In this document: positions 29,077-37,956 of the stretch, piece by piece
How the letters are laid out: the number at the start of each line of letters is the position of its first letter
Position numbering within the stretch: the first letter of the stretch is position 1
Assembly (NCBI GenBank): GCA_965249135.1
Contig: OZ252220.1
Coordinates: 576,001 to 640,000, forward strand
Reading direction: 5' to 3'
Length of the DNA: 64,000 nucleotides
Origin: Alphaproteobacteria bacterium
GTDB lineage: Bacteria; Pseudomonadota; Alphaproteobacteria; GCA-2746255
Notes under the pieces: model-generated
Databases searched by the model: none
The model's input: only the letters and a program-made list of their open reading frames with translations
Told to the model about the DNA's origin: nothing
Translations under genes and position numbers: made by a program

Positions 29077-30201
29077 TTAAGCGGCCGATACCTTGCGATC
29101 GCGGGTCCGCGTATAAAGGGATTCCCACACCTTCAGGAAGCCTGCGATGTCGTCGGCCCGGCTGTCCCAGCCGAGACTGATACGGATCGCCGTGTCGGCT
29201 GCCGCCTTTTCCACCCCCATCGCCAGCAGCACATGGGACGGGTCCACCTTGCCCGACGAGCACGCCGAGCCGGCGCTCACCGCAAAACCGGCAAGATCGA
29301 ACGCCACGAGCTGGGTTTCCGACGAAACCCCCGGCATCGAAACCAGGCTCGTGTTTGAAACGCGCGGCGCGGCGTTTGCGAAAATGGTCGCCTCCTCCGC
29401 AATGCGGCGGATCCCGGCTTCCAGCCGGTCGCGCAAGACCTCGAGCCTCCGGAAATCTTCAAGCCCTTCGGCGGCAATCTCGGCCGCCGCGCCAAAGCCG
29501 ATGATCCCCGGCACGTTCTCCGTTCCCGGCCGACGGCCCCGTTCCTGCCCGGCGCCGGCGGTCGGCACCGCGTAAGGCGCATCGGGCCCAAGGATGAGCG
29601 CGCCCACCCCCATCGGCCCGCCGAGCTTGTGGGCGGAAAGCGTCAGGTAATCGGCACCCAACGCACCTACGTCGATCGCCGCCTTGCCGGCCGCCTGAAC
29701 GGCATCCGAAAGAAGGCGCGAGCCATGGGCGTGAACGATCTTTGCTGCATTCGCGACGGGCGCAATCACGCCGGTTTCGTTGTTCACCGCCATGATGGAG
29801 ACCAGCGCAGGCGTTGAATCCGCACTCAGTATCGCTGCCAAGGCTTTCAGGTCTGCGATGCCGTTCCCATCCACCGGCACGATTTCTGCGTCGATCGCTG
29901 CGTTTCGAATCGAATCGTGCTCGACGGCCGAGATCAGATGGCGCTGAACACCTGCACCCCGAAGCGCCAGATGATTGGCCTCCGTGCCGCCGCTCGTGAA
30001 GACGACCTGTTCCGGGCTCGCATGGACAAGCCTTGCGACCTTCTCACGGGCGGCCTCCACTTCGTCACGAATGGCCCGGCCGAAACGGTGGATCGAGGAA
30101 GGGTTGCCGACCCCTTCGAGCGCTCGCCCGACGGCTTCCCGTACGGCCGGTTTGATCGGCGCCGTCGCGTTGTAGTCGAGATATGTGGCGATTTCCGCCA
30201 T
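29077..30201 (-). CDS. Second group I cysteine desulfurase (NifS/IscS-like)
   Basis: YLDYNATAP, FTSGGTEAN, SAHKLGGP, SAGSACSSG. Confidence 0.9.
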   Translation of the reverse strand: MAEIATYLDYNATAPIKPAVREAVGRALEGVGNPSSIHRFGRAIRDEVEAAREKVARLVHASPEQVVFTSGGTEANHLALRGAGVQRHLISAVEHDSIRNAAIDAEIVPVDGNGIADLKALAAILSADSTPALVSIMAVNNETGVIAPVANAAKIVHAHGSRLLSDAVQAAGKAAIDVGALGADYLTLSAHKLGGPMGVGALILGPDAPYAVPTAGAGQERGRRPGTENVPGIIGFGAAAEIAAEGLEDFRRLEVLRDRLEAGIRRIAEEATIFANAAPRVSNTSLVSMPGVSSETQLVAFDLAGFAVSAGSACSSGKVDPSHVLLAMGVEKAAADTAIRISLGWDSRADDIAGFLKVWESLYTRTRDRKVSAA

Positions 30202-30236
30202 CCGATTGCTGGGGTTCCGAAAAGGTATGCTTAAGT

Positions 30237-30743
30237 TTATTCCACCGCCTGCTTCAGCTTGACGACGGCGGCAATGGGCTGCTTTTTATCCTCGGCGGCG
30301 GCTTCCCGATGAATCTTGCCACTCATGCCAAGCACGCGTTCCTCGCACACATCGGCCAACGAAACCGAACTCAGGAAAAGATGGATATGGTTGCCAAGCT
30401 CATCCCACAGGTCGTGGGTGATGCAACGGCCCAGGTCCGTCCGGCAGCCCGACGGCGAGCCAAGCTTGCAACGTGTGGCGCGGATCGGCTCATCGACCGC
30501 AAGGATGATGTCCGAGATTCGGGTCTGCTCTCTCGGATGCGCCAGCAGATAGCCGCCACCCGGACCACGCACGCTGCGCACGAGGCCGGCGCGGCGCAGC
30601 TTGCCGAAAAGCTGTTCAAGATAGGAGAGGGAAATTTCCTGACGGGCCGCAATCTCGGCCAGCGCGATCGGAGAACCTGCGTTGTAGCGGGCAAGGTCGA
30701 CCATCGCGGTCACGGCATAGCGGCCCTTCGTGCTTAGCTTCAT
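30237..30743 (-). CDS. iscR: Rrf2 family Fe-S regulator IscR
   Basis: MKLSTKGRYAV, SLSYLEQLF, SVRGPGGGY, three Cys plus His (C..C..C.TH). Confidence 0.92.
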   Translation of the reverse strand: MKLSTKGRYAVTAMVDLARYNAGSPIALAEIAARQEISLSYLEQLFGKLRRAGLVRSVRGPGGGYLLAHPREQTRISDIILAVDEPIRATRCKLGSPSGCRTDLGRCITHDLWDELGNHIHLFLSSVSLADVCEERVLGMSGKIHREAAAEDKKQPIAAVVKLKQAVE

Positions 30744-31459
30744 GACTGTTCTCCCGCCATCTTGCGCTTCACGGCCGTCGTTTCCTCCGCCTTAACCGTC
30801 GCATCGAGCTGGGCCTCCAGCTTGGCTACGCGATCGGCAAGGGCGTTCAGTTGGCCGTGCAGGCTGTCGATGGCGCCGATCGCCGGATCCGGCAGATTGG
30901 CGGACGGGGTTCCATAGGCGCAGAAGGTGTCCGCCTTGCTTTCTTCACGGGCCGCAACGATCCGTGCCGGTACGCCCACCATCGTGACGCCGCTTGGCAC
31001 GTCCTTCAGCACGACGGCGTTCGACCCGATGCGGGCCCCCCTGCCAACCATGACCGGCCCCAGGATCTGGGCTCCCGATCCGACGATGACGCCGTCTTCG
31101 AGGGTCGGATGGCGCTTGCCGCCCCCGTTCGACGTGCCGCCGAGCGTCACGCTGTGATAGAGGGTGACGTCGTCCCCGATTTCCGAGGTTTCGCCGATCA
31201 CCACCGACATCCCATGGTCGATGAAGAGGCGCTTGCCGATTCGCGCGGCCGGGTGGATCTCGACCCCCGTCAGCCAGCGGCCGATATGGGAAGAAAGCCG
31301 GCTCACGAAGCGAAACCCATGGTTCCACAACCAGTGGGAAAGGCGGTGAATCCGGACCGCATGAAAGCCCGGATAGGCGAAAACGACCTCGAGCCGCGAC
31401 CTGGCCGCGGGATCGCGGGCGATCATCGAGTCGATTTCATCAATCAAACTCTTGAACAT
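30740..31459 (-). CDS. cysE: Serine O-acetyltransferase
   Basis: RDPAARS, YPGFHA, GVEIHPAA, FIDHG, KRHPT; left-handed beta-helix repeats. Confidence 0.95.
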   Translation of the reverse strand: MFKSLIDEIDSMIARDPAARSRLEVVFAYPGFHAVRIHRLSHWLWNHGFRFVSRLSSHIGRWLTGVEIHPAARIGKRLFIDHGMSVVIGETSEIGDDVTLYHSVTLGGTSNGGGKRHPTLEDGVIVGSGAQILGPVMVGRGARIGSNAVVLKDVPSGVTMVGVPARIVAAREESKADTFCAYGTPSANLPDPAIGAIDSLHGQLNALADRVAKLEAQLDATVKAEETTAVKRKMAGEQS

Positions 31460-31558
31460 TGTTCGGCTCACTATGATATAGTGTGTTGTTATCCATCATA
31501 AATTCTAGCCCTTTGCCAGCCAGATTGATGGATTTCCAAATGCTTGCCGGTTACTCGA

Positions 31559-31591
31559 AATATAGTTTTCCCGAGTAATTTAATCAATTAT
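31559..31591 (-). promoter_or_regulatory. Sigma70 promoter of cysE-iscR-iscS overlapped by an IscR type 1 site
   Basis: Minus strand ATAATTGATTAAATTACTCGGGAAA resembles the IscR type 1 motif; TTGATT-17 nt-TATATT. Confidence 0.7.
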
Positions 31592-31614
31592 TTCCTCGAT
31601 GATCATCGAGGAAA
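31591..31614. repeat. Perfect 24-bp palindrome
   Basis: TTTCCTCGATGA|TCATCGAGGAAA. Confidence 0.9.
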
Positions 31615-31695
31615 AACAGGATTTTGGCAAAAATTGCTTAGAAATTAGGTCGGGTTTCTGGGTGCCCAACGGCCAACGGGATACGGGAGAGAAAC

Positions 31696-32358
31696 ATGCC
31701 GGAAGTCATATTCAACGGCCCCGAGGGCCGGCTTGAAGGGCTTTATCATCACAACAAGGAAACGGCGGGCGCCCCGATCGCGCTGCTGCTGCATCCCTAC
31801 CCCCGGGAAGGGGGCACGATGAACAACCGCGTCATCTACCGGATCTATGAGACCTTCACCCAACGGGGGTTTTCGACGCTCCGGTTCAACTTTCGCGGCG
31901 TCGGCCGCTCCCAGGGCTCCTTCGACAACGGCGCCGGCGAACTAAGCGACGCGGCGTCTGCCCTCGACTGGGTGCAAAGTCAAAACCCGAGCGCCGCCCA
32001 GTGCTGGGTCGCAGGCTTTTCCTTCGGCGCCTGGATCGGCATGCAGCTTCTGATGCGCCGGCCCGAGATTTCCGGATTCATTTCCATCGCACCGCCGGTC
32101 AACCTCTTCGATTTCAACTTCCTGGCCCCCTGCCCGAAGTCCGGCCTGATCGTCCAGGGCCGGCAGGACGAGGTCGTCCCGGAGGAGGCCGTCGCCAAGC
32201 TCGCCACCAAGCTGTCGAACCAAAGGGGGATCGAGATCGACTACCGGGTCATCCCGGCGGCCGATCATCTGTTCAGCAACAAGCTGGATCAACTCCTGAA
32301 AAACGTCGAAAGCTACCTCGGCACCGCCCTCAAGGATCAGGACCTAGGCGCACAGTGA
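31696..32358 (+). CDS. Alpha/beta hydrolase (type usually found beside isc/suf operons)
   Basis: MPEVIFNGPEGRLEG, LRFNFRGVG, GFSFG, ADHLF. Confidence 0.9.
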   Translation: MPEVIFNGPEGRLEGLYHHNKETAGAPIALLLHPYPREGGTMNNRVIYRIYETFTQRGFSTLRFNFRGVGRSQGSFDNGAGELSDAASALDWVQSQNPSAAQCWVAGFSFGAWIGMQLLMRRPEISGFISIAPPVNLFDFNFLAPCPKSGLIVQGRQDEVVPEEAVAKLATKLSNQRGIEIDYRVIPAADHLFSNKLDQLLKNVESYLGTALKDQDLGAQ

Positions 32359-33425
32359 AGGACGCCGCCCGGCATCGGGGCCCGGACCCCCGTCGTCGTC
32401 GGCAAGCTCAAGGGCAGCCCCCGCAAGGAACGGACCGCGAGGAAGGCGAAGGCCTCCGCCTCCAGCGAATCCCCATCCCATCCCACGAATTCGACCGGCA
32501 CGACCTCGGCATCGAGTTCGTGGCGGAGATCCGCCATCAGGACCGGATTTCGCCGGCCACCGCCGGTCACCAGCCAGCGCTCAACCGGCGAAGGGAAGTG
32601 CCGCTCGGCGGCGAGCGCGACGGCGGCCGCCGTGAAGGCGGTGAGCGTTGCCGCCCCGTCCTCCGGCGAAAGCCCCTCGATCCGTTCGGTCGCAAAGGCG
32701 TTCCGATCCAGCGACTTCGGCGGACACCGCCAGAAATAGGGATCCGCCAAGAGGTCATTGAGCGCCGCCTCGTCGACCTTGCCCTGCCTGGCAAGACGGC
32801 CGCCGTGGTCGTAAGCGGCACCCATCCTCGTAGCAACCCAGTCATCGAGCAGCGCGTTGCCGGGCCCGGTATCGAAGGCAATCACGGCGCTGCCCTCCCC
32901 GATCCAGGTGACGTTCGCAACCCCACCCAGATTCAAAACCGCCAGCGGGCGTTCGAGTCCGGCCGTGCGCGCCAGGTGATAAAGGGGTGCAAGGGGGGCG
33001 CCCTCGCCACCGGCGGCGACATCGGCCGAGCGGAAGTCGGAGACGACGTCGATCCCGGTTCGTTTCGCGAGCAACGCGCCATCGCCGATCTGGACGGTTC
33101 GCCGCCGCTTTGATTCGTGCAGGATCGTATGCCCGTGGAATCCGATGACGGCGACGTCGGAGGCCTCGAAGGCGGCCGTCTTGAGGAGGCTCTTTACCGC
33201 TTCTGCGTGCAATTCCGTTAGCTTGCGGGAAACTCCCCGGGTCCATCCCTTCCCGCCGAGCAGGCGTCTGAGCTTCTCGCGAAAAGCGGGATCGTAGGGC
33301 TTCGCGGCGGTAGGACCGATCTTTTCGATCCGTTCCCCATCCGTGCAAACAAGGGCGGCGTCGACTCCATCCATCGACGTGCCACTCATCAGTCCCAACG
33401 CCCAAACGGCTTCGAAATCTTCCAT
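32337..33425 (-). CDS. anmK: Anhydro-N-acetylmuramic acid kinase
   Basis: GLMSGTSMDGVD, GFHGHT, GGEGAPL, FDTGPGN, GGGRRN, EAEAFAFLA. Confidence 0.95.
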   Translation of the reverse strand: MEDFEAVWALGLMSGTSMDGVDAALVCTDGERIEKIGPTAAKPYDPAFREKLRRLLGGKGWTRGVSRKLTELHAEAVKSLLKTAAFEASDVAVIGFHGHTILHESKRRRTVQIGDGALLAKRTGIDVVSDFRSADVAAGGEGAPLAPLYHLARTAGLERPLAVLNLGGVANVTWIGEGSAVIAFDTGPGNALLDDWVATRMGAAYDHGGRLARQGKVDEAALNDLLADPYFWRCPPKSLDRNAFATERIEGLSPEDGAATLTAFTAAAVALAAERHFPSPVERWLVTGGGRRNPVLMADLRHELDAEVVPVEFVGWDGDSLEAEAFAFLAVRSLRGLPLSLPTTTGVRAPMPGGVLHCAPRS

Positions 33426-33538
33426 GAGGACCGATCATGGCCGTTCCATTGTCCGGCCAGCAATGATCGTGTTAAATCACCACACGCCCGGCAATGAGCA
33501 CCCCCTCACTTTCTTGTGTCAAGGGGAAGCAAAAGCAA

Positions 33539-34801
33539 ATGACGACAAGCCAGCACCGTTCCGATTTTCTTGTGAATGCCGAGAGCCGCGGCTTCATGCA
33601 TCAATGCACGGATCTGGAAGGGCTCGACGACATCCTTCGGACGAAGGCACCCGTGAAGGGCTATATCGGCTTCGATTGCACGGCCGACAGCCTTCACGTT
33701 GGAAGTCTGGTGCCGATCATGCTGCTGCGCTGGTTTCAAAAGACAGGAAACAAGCCGATCGTGCTGTTGGGCGGCGGCACGTCGAAGGTGGGCGATCCTT
33801 CCGGCAAGGAAGAAACCCGCCAATTATTGAGCAAGAAGGAGATCAAGAAGAACCTGAAAGGGATCCGCACGGTCTTCGAAAAATTTCTTACCTTCGGCAA
33901 AGGGCCGACGGACGCCGTCTTCATCGACAATGACGCGTGGCTCGATGGCCTTCACTACATCGACTTCCTTCGGGAATATGGAAGCCATTTTTCCGTCAAT
34001 CGCATGCTGAGTTTCGATTCGGTCAAACTCCGATTGGAACGCGAGCATCCTTTAAGCTTTCTCGAATTCAACTACATGATCCTGCAGGCCTATGACTTTC
34101 TCGAGCTGGCGCGCCGTCACGATTGCCAGCTTCAGATGGGCGGCTCGGACCAGTGGGGCAACATCGTGAACGGGATCGAACTGGGCCGGCGGATCGAAGG
34201 CCGTGAACTTTTCGGGTTCACCTCGCCGCTGATCACGACGAGCTCGGGCGCGAAGATGGGAAAGACGGTCAAGGGCAGCGTCTGGCTGGATGCGAAGAAG
34301 CTCTCGCCTTATGACTACTGGCAGTACTGGCGAAACACGGAGGATGGGGATGTGGGGCGGTTTCTGCGTCTGTTTACCGATCTTTCCATCGAAGAGATCG
34401 CGCGCCTTGAATCGCTCGAGGGAAGCGAGTTGAACGCGGCGAAGAAAGTGCTCGCGGATGCGGCCACCGCGTTCTGCCATGGAGAAAAAGAGGCGGGCAT
34501 GGCTGCGAAAACGGCACATGAAACCTTTGAGGCAGGCGTGGTGGCGGAAGGGCTTCCTACCATCCAGCTTCCGCGCGCCGAACTCGAGGCGGGCATTCTG
34601 GCCTTCGAGCTTTTCTGCCGCGCCGGCCTCGCCACCAGCAACGCCGAGGCCCGCCGCCTCATCCGCGGCGGCGGCGCACGAGTAAACGGCACCATACCGG
34701 CGGAAGAGACCACCCCGATCAGCACGAATGATCTCGATGCGGACGGCGTCATCAAGCTAAGCGCCGGCAAGAAACGCCACGCACTCATCCGGGTCGGCTG
34801 A
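33539..34801 (+). CDS. tyrS: Tyrosine--tRNA ligase
   Basis: [15 protein letters not shown] (HIGH), [15 protein letters not shown] (KMSKS), C-terminal S4 domain. Confidence 0.97.
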   Translation: MTTSQHRSDFLVNAESRGFMHQCTDLEGLDDILRTKAPVKGYIGFDCTADSLHVGSLVPIMLLRWFQKTGNKPIVLLGGGTSKVGDPSGKEETRQLLSKKEIKKNLKGIRTVFEKFLTFGKGPTDAVFIDNDAWLDGLHYIDFLREYGSHFSVNRMLSFDSVKLRLEREHPLSFLEFNYMILQAYDFLELARRHDCQLQMGGSDQWGNIVNGIELGRRIEGRELFGFTSPLITTSSGAKMGKTVKGSVWLDAKKLSPYDYWQYWRNTEDGDVGRFLRLFTDLSIEEIARLESLEGSELNAAKKVLADAATAFCHGEKEAGMAAKTAHETFEAGVVAEGLPTIQLPRAELEAGILAFELFCRAGLATSNAEARRLIRGGGARVNGTIPAEETTPISTNDLDADGVIKLSAGKKRHALIRVG

Positions 34802-34805
34802 AGCC

Positions 34806-37800
34806 TTAAGGTTTCGGCGACTCAACGCCCGACGGCTTGGCTTCGGTATCCTTCTCGAACACGTCGAAGAAGTTGCGGAGGAAGCCCGGGGTAAACGCCG
34901 ATAGCGGATTAACGGAAACGTCGGGGTCGTCCCTCGGTCCCTCGGCCTTGTAGCTCATGGCGAACACGCCCTCCCCCTCACCGCCCACCAGAATCTCTCC
35001 GATCAGGGGGACCTTCCCAAGCGCGCGGTTGATCGTGTAGGCGGGGATCACCGTGCCGTGGAGGTCCACCGTCTCTTTTACGTTATCGATCTTTCCTTCG
35101 AAGGTGATGCCGAGAGAGGAACCGAAGGCCCTGCCTTTCCCGATCGTGATCTCGGATTCCGTGATCGTGAAAGGGACATCCAACCGCTTAAATTCGACGC
35201 CCTTGCCTTGCAAAAGATCTAGGATGCCGGTGAGCGAGGCGACGGCAAGCACCTTGGCAAGTACCGGCGCGTCGATCGCACGGAAGTCTTTCATCTTGAT
35301 CCGCCCGCGAAGGGGAATGTCCGGTTCCTCATCGTCGTGAAAGGTGCCCGAAATGACGAGTTCGCCGCCATGCAGGTTACGTAGCAAATCCATGGATTCC
35401 AGGACGGCCCCGCCGGCATTCGACGTCAATACCAGTTTCCGAATCTTTCCTTCCGGCTTCACGATCAGTTTCATGGTTCCGCGTTTCTCGAAATCGCCAT
35501 CCAGAAGAATCGAGACCCAGCGTTTTCCATCGTGCTCCATGGAGCCCACCAGCCGGTCGATTCGCCCCTCAGGCTCGGAGCCAAGCCGAACATGATCCAC
35601 GGCAAGCGCAAGCTTGAGCGGCGGCAACTCGACGCCTGACTTCTCTCCGATCAAAAGCTTCTCCGCATTAAACCCGCGGCCGACAAGATTGACATCAAAC
35701 CGTCCGTCCGGCCCGCGTGTCGCCTTTCCCTCGATATCGGTGATACCAAACTTCAGGCGTTCGAAGCGCACCCATTCGAGCGTTTCCCCATCCGAAGCGA
35801 ATTGTGCCGCCCCCTTTACCTCCATATCCTCGGCCGTGACCTCCAGCTTTCGAATGCGCCGGATCTTTCCTTTCTCAAAGTCGATGCGCAAGTTTCCTTT
35901 TCCGGAGGCACCCGCCGGTTTCGACCATTCGAAGCCGGGCATGTGAATCCCGGCATCGGCAAGATCAAGAGCAATCGCCAGCGTTCCTTCGCCATCCCTG
36001 CTCGTATAGACGAGGTCCACATCCGTCGGCCCGGAAAGAAAGGGCTCGCCGCTGAACCCAAACGTTTTACGCTGCCCATCGTCCATCCGGGCTTTCAGGG
36101 TGTAACGGCTTTGGAAATCCGCCTTCTCGGAAAAGTTCTCCTGCCATGACACTTCGGCCGATAGCCCGCCCATCTCGGCCGGGCCCTCCATGGAAAGAAG
36201 CAATCCCTCGAGCTTCATGCGAAGCTCCCCCTTCGCAAGATCGACGCCGGGCAACGCTTCCTTGAAGGAGGTCTTTCGCAAGCTGGCCTCGGCTGCGACC
36301 TCGAGGTGCTCGAGACTCAGGTCTTCCAGCAAAGGAAAATCGATAAGAAGACGGATCGTCGCCTCGCCTTCGAAGCGATCCGGTGAGAGACCGATTTTCT
36401 CAAGATAGCGAAGCTTCGGATGGTCGAGCATTTCAAGGGCACGCCGGACGGGCGCTTCGATGTTGAGATCGACCCGCGCATGCTCGTTATCCCCCTCGAG
36501 GCCATGGAGACGGACGGTGCCGGACGCGATGGTAAGCCCTTCGTGCTTGCCCTCCGTCACCGTGAATTCGACCTTGCCCGTATCGAAGGTGGCCGTGCCG
36601 TCGACACCGGTGACGGGCGGGAAGTCATCCGCGTATTCAACGTCAAGGTCGTAGAATTTTAACGTGCCGTTGATCGACGTGATTTCGACAGAAGGCTTGT
36701 TTTTAAGATCAACCACGGCAGAAAAAACGGCGCTCGTCTCTGAAATTCCGCCATAGGAAAGCTGTTCGTCCATCCACTCCCGTGTGTCGCCAGAAGCGTC
36801 ACGCGGCCAATATTTTGGCAACTTGTCGATCGGCATGTCGCGGATCTCGATGTCCCCGTTCAACAGAAGCTTGTCCTCGGCACGCGCTTCGCGCACGGCA
36901 ACCTTGAGCGTGGGGCCGCCAAGGTTGACGAAAAACTCCTCGATGCTGAACCGCGTTAGCCGGGCACCAATCATGCCCCGCAACGCGGCATGGGTAATGT
37001 CCACGGCCTCGTCGTAGACGCCCGGAATGACCACCTGTCCTTCCCCACTCGTAAGATCGAAATTCGCCTCCTCCAACGTTCCATCCAGAAGAAGCGCCAA
37101 TGCGACCGTGCCGCTTACCGGAATCTTCAAACCCGCGATCTGGTCGAAGGGCGCGGTCGCACTGGCGAACATAGCCGGCTCGACCTCGTGGAAATCGACG
37201 CCGAGGCGAATTTTTTCCGCCGCGTAGCGACGGCTGATTTCGCCCGTGAAGCGGGCGTGCTTTTCGTGGAGTTCCAGCTCGACCGCGTAATCGCCGGAAA
37301 CTTCCTCGTCGTCCCGAAAGAGGTGCAGATCCAGCCGAGGAAACCGCCAGGAAACTTCCATTTGCTGATCGTCGATCGTGACGTCCGCGCCAACCAGCCG
37401 GATCTCCGTGACATAGCCAAGGGGATGCTTCGGATCCGGCGCCTCGAACAGGCCGGCAAAAAATCCTCCGAGCACCGCACCGTCGGCCTCGGCTTCGCCG
37501 ATCCGCGCCTTGATCGGACCTTCCTGGTGCCGCAGCAGATGGATGCGCGGGCTGTGCACGCCGATCTCGCTCGGTGCCAACGTGCCGCCGAGCGCGGCGG
37601 GAATGCTGAGCCCCATCGTGATTTCCGGAACCTCACCGATGACGGCCCCTTCCCCATCCGTTACCCGGACACGCGTCACGGCAATACCCAGGCCTTCCAC
37701 GACACCTTCCCAGGTCAGCACCACCCCTTCCAGCCGCACCCGGTAGGAACCATCCTTCGCACTGAAGGCGGTCTCGAGATCGTCTTTTAGAAAATTCAGT

Positions 37801-37910
37801 GGGATCGGCCCGATCGAAAGGCGCAGGCTCAAGGCCAGCGCCGCGACAAACAAGACGAAAGCCGCCAAGCCAAGTATCTTGAACAATATTTGCGAAGTCC
37901 GGGGAATCAC
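34806..37910 (-). CDS. AsmA-like/YhdP-type (DUF3971 + AsmA_2) envelope protein
   Basis: N-terminal TM anchor, long beta-rich body, C-terminal GTVIPAYTIN...VNPLSAFTPGFLR; start uncertain. Confidence 0.82.
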   Translation of the reverse strand: MIPRTSQILFKILGLAAFVLFVAALALSLRLSIGPIPLNFLKDDLETAFSAKDGSYRVRLEGVVLTWEGVVEGLGIAVTRVRVTDGEGAVIGEVPEITMGLSIPAALGGTLAPSEIGVHSPRIHLLRHQEGPIKARIGEAEADGAVLGGFFAGLFEAPDPKHPLGYVTEIRLVGADVTIDDQQMEVSWRFPRLDLHLFRDDEEVSGDYAVELELHEKHARFTGEISRRYAAEKIRLGVDFHEVEPAMFASATAPFDQIAGLKIPVSGTVALALLLDGTLEEANFDLTSGEGQVVIPGVYDEAVDITHAALRGMIGARLTRFSIEEFFVNLGGPTLKVAVREARAEDKLLLNGDIEIRDMPIDKLPKYWPRDASGDTREWMDEQLSYGGISETSAVFSAVVDLKNKPSVEITSINGTLKFYDLDVEYADDFPPVTGVDGTATFDTGKVEFTVTEGKHEGLTIASGTVRLHGLEGDNEHARVDLNIEAPVRRALEMLDHPKLRYLEKIGLSPDRFEGEATIRLLIDFPLLEDLSLEHLEVAAEASLRKTSFKEALPGVDLAKGELRMKLEGLLLSMEGPAEMGGLSAEVSWQENFSEKADFQSRYTLKARMDDGQRKTFGFSGEPFLSGPTDVDLVYTSRDGEGTLAIALDLADAGIHMPGFEWSKPAGASGKGNLRIDFEKGKIRRIRKLEVTAEDMEVKGAAQFASDGETLEWVRFERLKFGITDIEGKATRGPDGRFDVNLVGRGFNAEKLLIGEKSGVELPPLKLALAVDHVRLGSEPEGRIDRLVGSMEHDGKRWVSILLDGDFEKRGTMKLIVKPEGKIRKLVLTSNAGGAVLESMDLLRNLHGGELVISGTFHDDEEPDIPLRGRIKMKDFRAIDAPVLAKVLAVASLTGILDLLQGKGVEFKRLDVPFTITESEITIGKGRAFGSSLGITFEGKIDNVKETVDLHGTVIPAYTINRALGKVPLIGEILVGGEGEGVFAMSYKAEGPRDDPDVSVNPLSAFTPGFLRNFFDVFEKDTEAKPSGVESPKP

Positions 37911-37956
37911 GCGGATCTCATGTCGGAAATTCCGAGGCAAAAAGCGGGTAAAAGGT

